Source: Bacteroidales bacterium (GTDB taxonomy: Bacteria; Bacteroidota; Bacteroidia; Bacteroidales; UBA932). From it: a DNA stretch of 64,000 nucleotides. Below the pieces are notes generated by a model. It saw only the letters and a program-made list of their open reading frames with translations, searched no databases and was not told the origin of the DNA. The stretch's first letter is position 1. Each line of letters opens with the position of its first letter. Location of the stretch: assembly GCA_024398155.1 (NCBI GenBank), contig JAKSJS010000001.1:3233-67232 (forward strand), read 5' to 3'. Both the position numbers and the translations under genes were made by a program. Shown here in pieces: positions 38,740-48,653 of the stretch.

Positions 38740-40721
38740 CAATAATGAAAGCAAGGCTCATATTCGCGTTGGCAATAAGTTCAATGATCGCCGCTTCCTG
38801 TGCCGGTGATCGGTTGGACTATGTCAATCCGTTCATGGGGTCAATTGCTGATAACGGCGGCCTTACTCCCGGAGCCTGTGTGCCTTTTGGTCTTGTAAAC
38901 GTATGTGTTGACAATAATCCATACGGCGGTGCGGGATATGATTATTCAAAGGAGGAGGCTCAATATATTTCTGTTACAAGGATACCTGGGATGAAACCGG
39001 GCGAGGGTTGTGGGGGACTTTTCGGTCTTAAACCGGGATATTACTCCGACACACTTCTCCTTGTCAAGGGTTCAGAGAAAGCACACCCGGGATATTATGC
39101 CGGGAAATTCAGTGACGGGACAGCGTTTGAACTGACAGCAACGAAGACTGTTGCAGTGGAAAAATACTCCCTCGGTCCTGACAGGCGTCTGTTTTTCACG
39201 ACATTGAGCCAGTTTTCAGACAGAGGGAATTCCGCTGTGATTGAAGTCCGGGATGAAAGAACCCTTTTCGGACTGGCTAAATCAGTTACAGCACATGCTG
39301 CCGGAAAATATACACTTTTCTTTGTACTAAGTTCTGACAAGCCTTTCAAAATTGTCTCCGGAGACCCAACTTACAAAGGCCTGCAGTTTGATGACAGCGA
39401 GGTCGAGGTTAGGATAGCCCTTTCCCCTATAAGTTGTGACTATGCTGTTGAGGCTCTTGATTCTCTTTCGGCAAAGAGTTTCGATGAGGTTCGAACGGCC
39501 GCAGAAAGTTCATGGCGGGAAAAACTCAGTCGTTTTGACGTCAAGGGTGGAACAAGAGAGCAGAAAACGCTGTTCTATACCTCTCTTTATAATCTGTACC
39601 ATAGCCCCGTTGAAGTTACGGCGGAAGACGGTTGCTATTATGGGACAGACAATGAGTACCACGATTCCGATGGGCACAGGTACTACTCCGGATGGAATAT
39701 GTATGACGCATTCAGGACCAAGTTCCCTCTTCTGTCAATAACAGATGTCGAAGAAGCTTCAGATATAGCATGGTCCTTATGTGCTCTTTACAGGAGCGGG
39801 AAGAAAAATTGGGCTACATTTTACGAATCGGCTCCCTCTGTCCGGTCCGAACATGCCGTCATAACGATTCTTGATTATCTGGAGAAAGGAATAATTGCTC
39901 CGGGAACAGTCGAAGAAGCGTATGCAGACATGAGTGCCGACATGAAAGTCCGCGGAAAGCAACGGAAGGCGGAAGAACGACTTTCCGGAGCTTATGATCT
40001 GTGGGCAATGTCAAGGATAGCCGGTTTGCTCGGCAATCAGGATGATTCGGTGGCATGGTCCATTGCGGCAGATTCCTTGTTCAATGTTACATGGGAGGAC
40101 AATTTCAGGACCATTGATGAGAACTACTTGAATGTTGACAGGGAGGTGCTCGGGCGCGACTCACGAGCTCAGGCGCGTTGGGCAGCTCCGGTATTCAATT
40201 CTGAAGAGGAGGAATTTCTGGACAGGTTCTTCGCTGATTTTCTCTATGACGTAGGTAATCCGGACAATTTCTCTGCTCCGTTCCTTTATGATGACCATTC
40301 AAGAACCTCCGAAATAATTCGAGAATACCTTGTCGGGGACCGTACGATACACGAATACAGAGGTGGAGAGCGTTGCGCTTTCCCTGTTCTTGGACGGGCT
40401 GTCAACAATTCCCCGGATGGTTTTGCCAAAGGAATTGGGGAACTGGACGGGACCCTGAGCGCCTGGTATCTCTTTGCCCAGATGGGCTTTTATCCTAAAA
40501 TCCCCGGAATTCCGGAATATTCCCTGTTCACTCCATATTTCACCAGGATAACAATGAATCTGGGTGAAAACAGGAACATAACAATAAAGACATCGAGAAG
40601 GGGGAAATATTCGAAGGGAAAGCCGTTAAAGTCCGTTTCAGTAAACGGCGATGAACTCCCGGAGCCTGTTATAGGCTACGATTTCTTCCGTGAAGGAGGA
40701 ACAATAGAATTCAATTACTAA
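38736..40721 (+). CDS. Divergent GH92-like protein with degenerate catalytic motifs
   Basis: GH92 scaffold (YVNPFMG, PGACVPFG, PGYY, FYTSLY, LSAWYLF..MGFYP), but the EGNAW, GNEP and NDD motifs are altered. Confidence 0.8.
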   Translation: MTIMKARLIFALAISSMIAASCAGDRLDYVNPFMGSIADNGGLTPGACVPFGLVNVCVDNNPYGGAGYDYSKEEAQYISVTRIPGMKPGEGCGGLFGLKPGYYSDTLLLVKGSEKAHPGYYAGKFSDGTAFELTATKTVAVEKYSLGPDRRLFFTTLSQFSDRGNSAVIEVRDERTLFGLAKSVTAHAAGKYTLFFVLSSDKPFKIVSGDPTYKGLQFDDSEVEVRIALSPISCDYAVEALDSLSAKSFDEVRTAAESSWREKLSRFDVKGGTREQKTLFYTSLYNLYHSPVEVTAEDGCYYGTDNEYHDSDGHRYYSGWNMYDAFRTKFPLLSITDVEEASDIAWSLCALYRSGKKNWATFYESAPSVRSEHAVITILDYLEKGIIAPGTVEEAYADMSADMKVRGKQRKAEERLSGAYDLWAMSRIAGLLGNQDDSVAWSIAADSLFNVTWEDNFRTIDENYLNVDREVLGRDSRAQARWAAPVFNSEEEEFLDRFFADFLYDVGNPDNFSAPFLYDDHSRTSEIIREYLVGDRTIHEYRGGERCAFPVLGRAVNNSPDGFAKGIGELDGTLSAWYLFAQMGFYPKIPGIPEYSLFTPYFTRITMNLGENRNITIKTSRRGKYSKGKPLKSVSVNGDELPEPVIGYDFFREGGTIEFNY

Positions 40722-40739
40722 CACCTAAATATTATCATT

Positions 40740-42497
40740 ATGAGGAAACATCTTGTTTTCCTTATGGCTGCAGTTATAGTCTCTGCAAGCTGTACTTGTA
40801 GGAATTTGGCAAAAGACGGTTACTGGCTACCTTATGTAGATGCTATGCCTGAATCTTATTGGAATGTCATCCCGGACGGAGATGCCAGGAATTTCTTCCT
40901 GTGCGAGTCCGAGACCGGACTTGCTGCAAAGGCTTTGAGGGATGGGAAGACAACGGTGGCAATCTGGGAAAGCAGAAATCCCTACAACAGCTATAAGAGG
41001 ATAAGGGCGGACTATGATGCCTCCGGAATGAAATGTCTTGGCGACATCACTGCGGTTGACCTTGCCCTTCTTCCGGAAGAAGCCTCCGGCAGTCTTCGCA
41101 AGTTCTTCAAAGGATATGTCCTTACGGATTATGACAACAATCCGGAGAGCATGACTGTTGCTGTTGTGGCTTCACATGTTTACAATGCGTTGATTGTGGA
41201 TGTCAAACTTCAGCCGGCATTTGAAGCAGCCGGTTACGACATGCTTTATGATGCGACGGGCAAGACAACAGAGGATTCATGGCGTGAGTTCAAGGATAAA
41301 TGTAACAACTCTGCATTGATCTTTGAACATGTAACCAAGGCGGAACTTTCGAACATTGCAATAGCAAACGACTTGTTTGAAATGAACATAAACAAGAAAT
41401 TTGCGACCCGCGAAGGCGGAAACAACATGGAACTTTTTGAAGAGGTGCTTGCCTGGCTTGCACCCAACGCCCCCTGCTATGGAGCAGATGCCGGAAACGA
41501 TGAAGGAGAGATGGACGAGGTCATATCCCGTTACGGTTGCCATTGGGTTCCTTTCGACTGGGGATACAATACCACAATGACTTCTTTCAAATACGAGGAT
41601 CGTCAGGAAGGAATAAAATACACTCCCCTTGATCCGGTAACGATAGATTATTCCAAGGACAAGAGGTTTGTTTCTTATTACATGTCAGATGGTGATAACT
41701 GCCAGTGGCTCATGCAGACCTTCGATGACAACTGGTACATGGATCCTTTCGTATCTAAAACGAAATGTTCCTTCGGCATGGCTGTCGGAAATCTTTCTAT
41801 GATAAGTCCGGTTCAGGCCAAGCATCTTCTTGACACAAAGGATCCGTCATCCTCCATTTTCGAGCGTGGAAGTTATTACTTCCTCGATCAGCTTGGAGAA
41901 TACAAGGACAGGGATGCAATACTGAAACAGATGGCTGAAGCCCAGGCCGCGCAGATGAAGCGCAGCGGTGTTGTCCTTCTCGGTACGGTAACCAGAGGCA
42001 AGGTCGATACAGAGGAGGCGATGAAAGGGTACCAGGCCCTTGTGGATGCGAATGACGATATGGTGGGAATAATAGCAATAGCGTATTCCCCATATGCAGA
42101 TTCCAAACAGGAAATCCTTTGGGTTACCAACAAGAAAGGCATTGACATACCCGTCATAATGACAACCTACTGTATCTGGAACAAGAAGGACTACAATGAT
42201 CCTGATGAAGGAACGCCGGCATACATTGCCCACAAGATGCTCTCTGACCAGAAGAAATACAATGCAATATGTATCCACTGCTGGTCACGATTTACTGACA
42301 TAGGTGACAGTGATGATGAACTTGCAGAGAATCTCTATCCCGGGAAGGATGCGCCCCAGGTCGGACGGGTAGAGTGCGCAGACCTTTGCACACGTCGTCT
42401 TGACGACAATTACGAAACATGTTCTCTTGAAGAACTTTTCTGGCGTGTTCGTATGGAATACCGTCCGGAACAGACAAAAGCCCTTCTTAAACTGTAG
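40740..42497 (+). CDS. GxGYxYP-family lipoprotein, close paralogue of 28776-30635
   Basis: YYMSDGDN, ICIHCWS; shares long blocks with 28776 (GSLRKF..GYVLTD, VASHVYNA, DWGYNT, KGIDIPVI, YRPEQTK). Confidence 0.75.
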   Translation: MRKHLVFLMAAVIVSASCTCRNLAKDGYWLPYVDAMPESYWNVIPDGDARNFFLCESETGLAAKALRDGKTTVAIWESRNPYNSYKRIRADYDASGMKCLGDITAVDLALLPEEASGSLRKFFKGYVLTDYDNNPESMTVAVVASHVYNALIVDVKLQPAFEAAGYDMLYDATGKTTEDSWREFKDKCNNSALIFEHVTKAELSNIAIANDLFEMNINKKFATREGGNNMELFEEVLAWLAPNAPCYGADAGNDEGEMDEVISRYGCHWVPFDWGYNTTMTSFKYEDRQEGIKYTPLDPVTIDYSKDKRFVSYYMSDGDNCQWLMQTFDDNWYMDPFVSKTKCSFGMAVGNLSMISPVQAKHLLDTKDPSSSIFERGSYYFLDQLGEYKDRDAILKQMAEAQAAQMKRSGVVLLGTVTRGKVDTEEAMKGYQALVDANDDMVGIIAIAYSPYADSKQEILWVTNKKGIDIPVIMTTYCIWNKKDYNDPDEGTPAYIAHKMLSDQKKYNAICIHCWSRFTDIGDSDDELAENLYPGKDAPQVGRVECADLCTRRLDDNYETCSLEELFWRVRMEYRPEQTKALLKL

Positions 42498-42503
42498 CCC
42501 CGG

Positions 42504-44132
42504 ATGAGAAGGATTGTCGCGCTCATACTCTCTCTTGGCGTGGTTGTCGGATGTATGTCAATTGACATAGATACTCCGGAAGTCACGACTGTTCCTGAAG
42601 CCTATAAAGACATTCTGGAGGCATATGAACAGGGTCAGAGTTATATCGGTCTGGAGTATATCGGGGCTGATAGAGTACGGCTTGCCTTCCATGACAGGGC
42701 TATTGAAGTCAGCAACAGCGACCTGATGATATACCGGCGCGATGAAGAGCCGGTTATCTCAAGGAAAAACAGATGCTGGACGGTGGATGGCACTTCGACA
42801 GGGGTAAAGATCTCGGAGAATCTGTCAAATAAGGCCGCATATCCTTTCTATTTTTGTCAGGCAGGGGAAACGTTCAATGTCTATCTGTCAAATGGGAATA
42901 CGCTGATATTTCCTTCGTACGCCGAGGCCCGTGGTGGAGATGAGTCGCAATTCACGATACCACAGGTTTATCTGTATGTTAACGGCACTGTCCAACGACA
43001 TACATTCATCGATGGTTCCATTAGAATAAAGGATCCGTCAAACGAGTATTCCGATACAGCGTACATAGCGACAAAAATGCAGATAAGAGGAAGAGGCAAT
43101 ACCACTTGGAATTCTCCGAAGAAGCCTTACCGCATCAAATTGTCTGAACCGCATAAAGTGTTGGGTATGCCTTCCAACAGGGATTGGAATCTTATCAGCA
43201 ATTATAATGACAAGACTCTCATCCGGAATCTGGTCGGCATGGAGCTTTCGCGTATAGCCGGAATGGACTGGACCCCTAGATGTCGCGTGGTGGAAATGTA
43301 CTACAATGGGGAATATCAGGGACTTTACAATCTCTTCGAGCATAAGGAAGTCGCAAAGAACAAAGTCAACATAAATCCTGTTGCTGAGAATGCAACTCAT
43401 GGCTCGACACTCGAAGGAGACTATTACGTTGAAATAGAGTCTTCCATCGAGAATATGGTGGACCCTGTGTATTTTATTTCCGACTACGGTTCGGTGATCT
43501 GCTGCGTGGATCCGGAAAATCCCAACGCAAAGCAGAAGTCTTAGCTGCACGGCGTGTTCACAAATTTTGAGAAGGCTCTGAGGGGGAATGATTTCAAGGA
43601 CCCGGAAAAGGGCTATGCGGCGTACATTGACGTCGATAGTTTTGTGAATTTCTTCATAGTCCAGGAACTGTCCAAGAATATTGACGGCAATTGTCGCAAA
43701 AGTTCTTATATGACAAAAGAAAAAGGCCGTAAACTCCGCTTTTGCCATGTCTGGGATTATGATATGGCCTTTGGTGTGGCTAATTTCTTCCCCAGCAATG
43801 AGGGCCAGGGCGGCAATGGTCCCACCGGGTGGTGGGTCAAATGTTATGGCCCTGGAAACAACTACAAGGGAGGTTGGTATTATCGCATGTTTCAGGACCC
43901 TGCCTTTGTCAGGAAGGTCAGGAAACGCTGGAACGAGCTTTATCCGGAGTTGTCCCGTGTTCCGGAATATATGGATTATGAGATAGCAAGGATGGGATCC
44001 TCAGCAATAGAAAGGAACTTCGATAAGTGGAGGATCCTGGGAAGCAGGACATATGAGGAGCATGTGAAATTCCTCAAGGATTTTTATGTTACACGCCTTG
44101 AATGGATGAATAAGGAAATATCCAGTTGGTAA
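42504..44132 (+). pseudogene. CotH-family kinase lipoprotein interrupted by one in-frame TAG (43542-43544)
   Basis: ORFs 42504-43544 and 43554-44132 are in the same frame. The N-part has RGRGNTTW, KKPYRIKL and NGEYQGLY; the C-part has YIDVDSF, NIDGN and VWDYDMAFG. Confidence 0.8.
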
Positions 44133-44140
44133 AGCATATT

Positions 44141-45772
44141 ATGATGAAGATACGTCATTCTATTTTTTGTGTCTGCTGTGTCGCGGCCATAATGCTCATG
44201 GATTCATGCACACACGATGATCCTGTCGGGGATATGCCCGATCCGGTGATTCCCGTTGACGGACGTCCCATCTATAATGATATTGCAGACGGGCTTCCTG
44301 TCCTAGTGCCGCAGGCTCCTGCATCCGAAATAGATGGAGACGAGATTTACCTTGTCTACCCCGACGGATCTGCCTCCCTTCCTTTGGTCGCTTCCCTTAT
44401 TGGTGTAGTGAATAAAGTGGCTCCACGAGCCCTGCTGGATATGGAACAGCACGCTTTCTGGTGCAACGAGCTCAAGAAGGCCCACGCGACAAGAAGCATA
44501 TCTGCTACAGAATTCGTGGAAATCTGTGGGAAATATGCTACGGGCTATATTCTGTATGACACGGATATTTCCGCACGTACGGCCGCCTCTCTCGCCGGTC
44601 CCATCAATGCTGTAATCATGGATAAGGAGACTGCGGGACGATTTGGCGCCTCTAGCGGGATACGCAAGCTTTATGACTGCAGCGGTAAGGACGAAAGTTT
44701 CCTTGTCAAGGTTTTCACCAAGAATGCAACATGTTTCAATCTTGACGGTTTCATTCAACCGTTGCCTGATTCCGGACATGCCTATAGAGGTGTTGATTTC
44801 GCAATCGCGACGAACCGTCTGATCATGGTGGGAAAGAATCAGGAAAATATCTGGAAGACGATATTCCGCCGACTTCATACTCCGGCAGCCAAGTGGGGAT
44901 ATGGGCAGCCGTATGGTGACGAAAAAAGGGATGTCAATTTCGGTTCAACCATGGGGGTATATACAATTCCCTCTGACTGGCAGATCAACTACTCATTCTA
45001 TACGGCATACACAGAGGAGCTCAAAAAACTCCCCAATAGGAGTGACGACCTTGCCGATATCAACAGGAAGAACGTTCACTATGTCATGATTAAATGGAGT
45101 GACGGCGACAACATAGACTGGGTACTCAAGGATTTTGTCTCCTCCAAGAACTATTTCAGCGCTCCTGAGGTCCCCGGATATAAAATCAACTGGGGGTTGC
45201 CCCCGGCTATTACGCAGATGCCACTCCAGTTCAACTGGTTCTGTGACAATACTCCGGAGGGGAGTTACTTCCTCTGCCCGACTTCGGGCCTTGGATATGC
45301 TTATCCTTCTGTAATGAAGGATCTTTCAGAGTATGCAAGACAGACAGAAGAGGCGATGGAGAAAGCCGGGCTCTCTTATCTGAATATCCTTGATCTTCCG
45401 AAATTCAATACAACGGAGAAGGATGCCCTCGGGACTATGCTTGCTGAGATGCCGTCAGTCAAAGGCGTCCTGTATATGAATTATGACAACTATGCCCAGG
45501 GCGCAGGCGCTATGTATAAGATAGGTGACATCCCAGTCGTTTCCTTCCGCCATCGCCTTTGGAAAGGGCTGGACCCTTATGAAAAGGTTGCATCCGAAAT
45601 TAATTCAGCGTCCCGTGATGTGACAAGGATTGACGCCTATTCTGCTGTTGTTGTCCATGCCTGGAGCTATTCTTCAGCCGATGTAAGACAATTCATCGAT
45701 TTGCTGGATGATGACGTTGTCCTTGTAAACTGCGACGAGTTCTTCCAGCTTATAAAAACGAATGTAAAATAA
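44141..45772 (+). CDS. GxGYxYP-family putative glycoside hydrolase, lipoprotein
   Basis: KWSDGDN, intact SGLGYAYP motif, VVVHAWS. Confidence 0.85.
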   Translation: MMKIRHSIFCVCCVAAIMLMDSCTHDDPVGDMPDPVIPVDGRPIYNDIADGLPVLVPQAPASEIDGDEIYLVYPDGSASLPLVASLIGVVNKVAPRALLDMEQHAFWCNELKKAHATRSISATEFVEICGKYATGYILYDTDISARTAASLAGPINAVIMDKETAGRFGASSGIRKLYDCSGKDESFLVKVFTKNATCFNLDGFIQPLPDSGHAYRGVDFAIATNRLIMVGKNQENIWKTIFRRLHTPAAKWGYGQPYGDEKRDVNFGSTMGVYTIPSDWQINYSFYTAYTEELKKLPNRSDDLADINRKNVHYVMIKWSDGDNIDWVLKDFVSSKNYFSAPEVPGYKINWGLPPAITQMPLQFNWFCDNTPEGSYFLCPTSGLGYAYPSVMKDLSEYARQTEEAMEKAGLSYLNILDLPKFNTTEKDALGTMLAEMPSVKGVLYMNYDNYAQGAGAMYKIGDIPVVSFRHRLWKGLDPYEKVASEINSASRDVTRIDAYSAVVVHAWSYSSADVRQFIDLLDDDVVLVNCDEFFQLIKTNVK

Positions 45773-45777
45773 AAGAA

Positions 45778-46440
45778 ATGAAACGGATTGTCTCGCTTTT
45801 CGCCATGCTGCTGGCATTCTCATTCTGCATGTCGGCCCAATACTATTCAAACCTTGACAGGTATAAAACTGCCAATGAAGACGTGATATCGTCCGGCATC
45901 AGGCCCAAGGCTGTATTCATAGGAGATTCAATTTTCGATGGATGGTATGCCAACGTGCCGTCGTTCTTCGATGACAACAATTATCTCGGAAGGGGAATCG
46001 GTGGTCAGGTAAGTTCTGAGATTTTGCTCCGTTTCCGCAAGGATGTTGTGGAGCTTGCTCCCAAATATGTTGTCATCCTTTGCGGTGTCAACGACATAGC
46101 CATGAACCGTGGCCCGATTGATATGGCATATACGATGGCGAACATCGCCTCGATGGTGGAGATGGCCAAAGCAGCAAAGATAAAACCGGTTGTATGCCTT
46201 CTTTTCCCCGGCCCAAAAATCGGATGGAGAGAAATTCCGGATGCCTTTGAAAAGGCAGAAACCCTTAACTCGATGATAACTGAATATGCCGCAAAGAATC
46301 ACGTTAAGTGCATGAAGTTCTTTCGGGATGTCGAAACTGTGGATGGCTCCCTTCCAAAAGAACTTTCCTTGGACTCCATCCACCCGAATGTTAAGGGTTA
46401 TGGAATCATGGCCGATGAGATAAAGCGAGTTCTTAAATAA
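45778..46440 (+). CDS. SGNH/GDSL esterase (putative carbohydrate O-acetylesterase)
   Basis: FIGDSI, RGIGGQ, GVND, DSIHPN; signal peptide. Confidence 0.92.
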   Translation: MKRIVSLFAMLLAFSFCMSAQYYSNLDRYKTANEDVISSGIRPKAVFIGDSIFDGWYANVPSFFDDNNYLGRGIGGQVSSEILLRFRKDVVELAPKYVVILCGVNDIAMNRGPIDMAYTMANIASMVEMAKAAKIKPVVCLLFPGPKIGWREIPDAFEKAETLNSMITEYAAKNHVKCMKFFRDVETVDGSLPKELSLDSIHPNVKGYGIMADEIKRVLK

Positions 46441-46449
46441 ATTCTGGTT

Positions 46450-48648
46450 ATGAGACGTATATTTTTGATTCTGGCGGCATTTGTGTTGCTCATTTCATGT
46501 AATTCCACTCATCAACTGTGTGATTATGTCAACCCATTGGTCGGCACTGCCTGGAACGGCCACACATATCCAGGAGCGTTCGTGCCTAACGGATTAGTGT
46601 CTCCAAGCCCTGACACTCACGACTGTGGATGGGAGCATTGTGCAGGTTATAAGTATGAGGACACCACCATTATGGGTTTTTCCCAAACTCATCTGAGCGG
46701 TACTGGTGCAGCGGATATGGGGGATATAAGGATTGCTCCGATAACGGGTGAACCGATATATGAGCCCGGTTTGCAAGATGCTCCTGAAACTGGTTTCCGC
46801 TCCCGTTTCAATCACGGAACTGAAATATCCCGCCCCGGATATTATGCGGTGACTCTTGACGATTACGGCATAAGATGCGAGATGTCTGCGACGGAACGTT
46901 GTCCGATATACCGCATTACATTTCCCGAAGGAAAGAGAGCCGGTATAATAGTCGATCTTAAGCATGGTGTCGGAGATATTCCTGCATCCTGGACCTTGGA
47001 TGAGGTGGACAATGCTCTCAAGGGAAGCCGCAGGTCACGAGGATTTATCGGAGACCATACTTATTATTTTTATGCAGAGTTTTCCAAGAGCCCCCTTGGA
47101 TATGAATTCAATGAGGATGGAAGCGAGGTCTATGTGGAGTTCCCGGAGGCCTCGGAAGTTGTGGTCAGAATGGGCGTTTCTACTGTTTCGACAGAGGGAG
47201 CACTGAAGAACCTCAGGGCTGAAGTGAACCACTGGAATCTTGAAAAAGTGGAAAAGCAGGCCCGTGCAAAGTGGAACTCTGCTCTTTCCAGGGTAAAGAT
47301 AGCAAAGGCTCTGGGCGAAGATGACAAGGCGGTTTTCTATACAGCTCTCTATCATTCCCTTGTCGCTCCTATAGTTATCAACGATGTTGACGGTAGTTTT
47401 TATGGATTTGACGGAGAGGTTCACCATTCTGACTCATCGATGTATACAACATTCTCGCTGTGGGACACCTACAGAGCAGAACACCCGTTCATGAACATTG
47501 CATATCAGGATATGAATGTTGAGTATATCAATGCAATGTTGGAGATTTATCGGGAGAGAGGTCAGCTTCCGATTCACGTGTTTGGAATTTGGGAGGTTTA
47601 TGGTATGATAGGATTCCACTCTCTTCCCGTTCTTGCCGATGCAATAATGCAGGATATAGGAGGATTTGACTGGGAACTTGCATATGAGGCCATGTCCAAG
47701 ATGGCTCTGGACTATTCATACCGTTTTGCCAGTGGACTTGAGCCACTCCAGAAGATGGGATATATTCCGGCGGAATCAGAAAACCAGTCTGTCTCAAAGC
47801 TTCTTGAATATTGTTATAATGAATGGTGTGTAGCCCGAGTTGCAGAAAAACTCGGAAAAAACGAAGATGCGGAACTTTTCTATGAACTTTCCGGCTGTTA
47901 CAAGAACGTCTTTGATGAAGACCTGGGATTCATGAGAGGCAAGGATTCCATGGGTAATTGGGTGGAGCCGTTTGATCCGTATAAGACGGGGAACAGCTAC
48001 TATACTGAAGGAAATGCATGGCAGTACAATTTTTATGTTCCTCAGGATATAACCACATATATTGATATGATGGGTGGAGATGAGGAGTTTACAGCCAAGC
48101 TGGATGAAATGTTTACTACGGAACTTGATGAGGACAAGCGTACAACGTTGGATGTTACCGGGCTTATCGGTCAATATGCCCAGGGTAATGAGCCAAGCCA
48201 TCATGCTGCATACCTATACAATTATGCAGGAAAGCCTTGGAAGACTCAGGAGACAGTTGCACAGATAAAGAGGCAGCTATACACGAGTGCTCCGGACGGA
48301 CTGTGCGGAAACGAAGACTATGGTCAGATGAGCGCCTGGTACATAATGAGCGCAATAGGATTCTATCCTGTAACTCCCGGAGCCAATTATTATGTGATAG
48401 GGACTCCGACGTTCCCTGAAATATCCATTGACCTTATCAATGGAAAGACTTTTACTGTCAAGGCAGTTAACCTGACCGAAGAGAATATATACATACAGAG
48501 CGCCACATTGAACGGTCAACCATATTCCAAGTCCTATATTATGACTGAAGATGTCCAAAAGGGTGGGACCCTTGCTTTTGAAATGGGTCCTGAACCGAAT
48601 TTGGAATGGGGATCCAAACAGGAGGATCGTCCTGTAATCAAATTATAG
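46450..48648 (+). CDS. GH92 alpha-mannosidase-family glycoside hydrolase
   Basis: GHTYPGA, SLWDTYRA, YTEGNAWQY, QGNEPSHH, GNEDYGQMSAW. Confidence 0.95.
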   Translation: MRRIFLILAAFVLLISCNSTHQLCDYVNPLVGTAWNGHTYPGAFVPNGLVSPSPDTHDCGWEHCAGYKYEDTTIMGFSQTHLSGTGAADMGDIRIAPITGEPIYEPGLQDAPETGFRSRFNHGTEISRPGYYAVTLDDYGIRCEMSATERCPIYRITFPEGKRAGIIVDLKHGVGDIPASWTLDEVDNALKGSRRSRGFIGDHTYYFYAEFSKSPLGYEFNEDGSEVYVEFPEASEVVVRMGVSTVSTEGALKNLRAEVNHWNLEKVEKQARAKWNSALSRVKIAKALGEDDKAVFYTALYHSLVAPIVINDVDGSFYGFDGEVHHSDSSMYTTFSLWDTYRAEHPFMNIAYQDMNVEYINAMLEIYRERGQLPIHVFGIWEVYGMIGFHSLPVLADAIMQDIGGFDWELAYEAMSKMALDYSYRFASGLEPLQKMGYIPAESENQSVSKLLEYCYNEWCVARVAEKLGKNEDAELFYELSGCYKNVFDEDLGFMRGKDSMGNWVEPFDPYKTGNSYYTEGNAWQYNFYVPQDITTYIDMMGGDEEFTAKLDEMFTTELDEDKRTTLDVTGLIGQYAQGNEPSHHAAYLYNYAGKPWKTQETVAQIKRQLYTSAPDGLCGNEDYGQMSAWYIMSAIGFYPVTPGANYYVIGTPTFPEISIDLINGKTFTVKAVNLTEENIYIQSATLNGQPYSKSYIMTEDVQKGGTLAFEMGPEPNLEWGSKQEDRPVIKL

Positions 48649-48653
48649 AAAAC

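Noticed and set aside
43542-43544. Genome-wide TAG recoding or pyrrolysine
   Set aside because: TAG terminates hppA, sufC, susC and others at their expected ends, and there are no pyl genes in the window.
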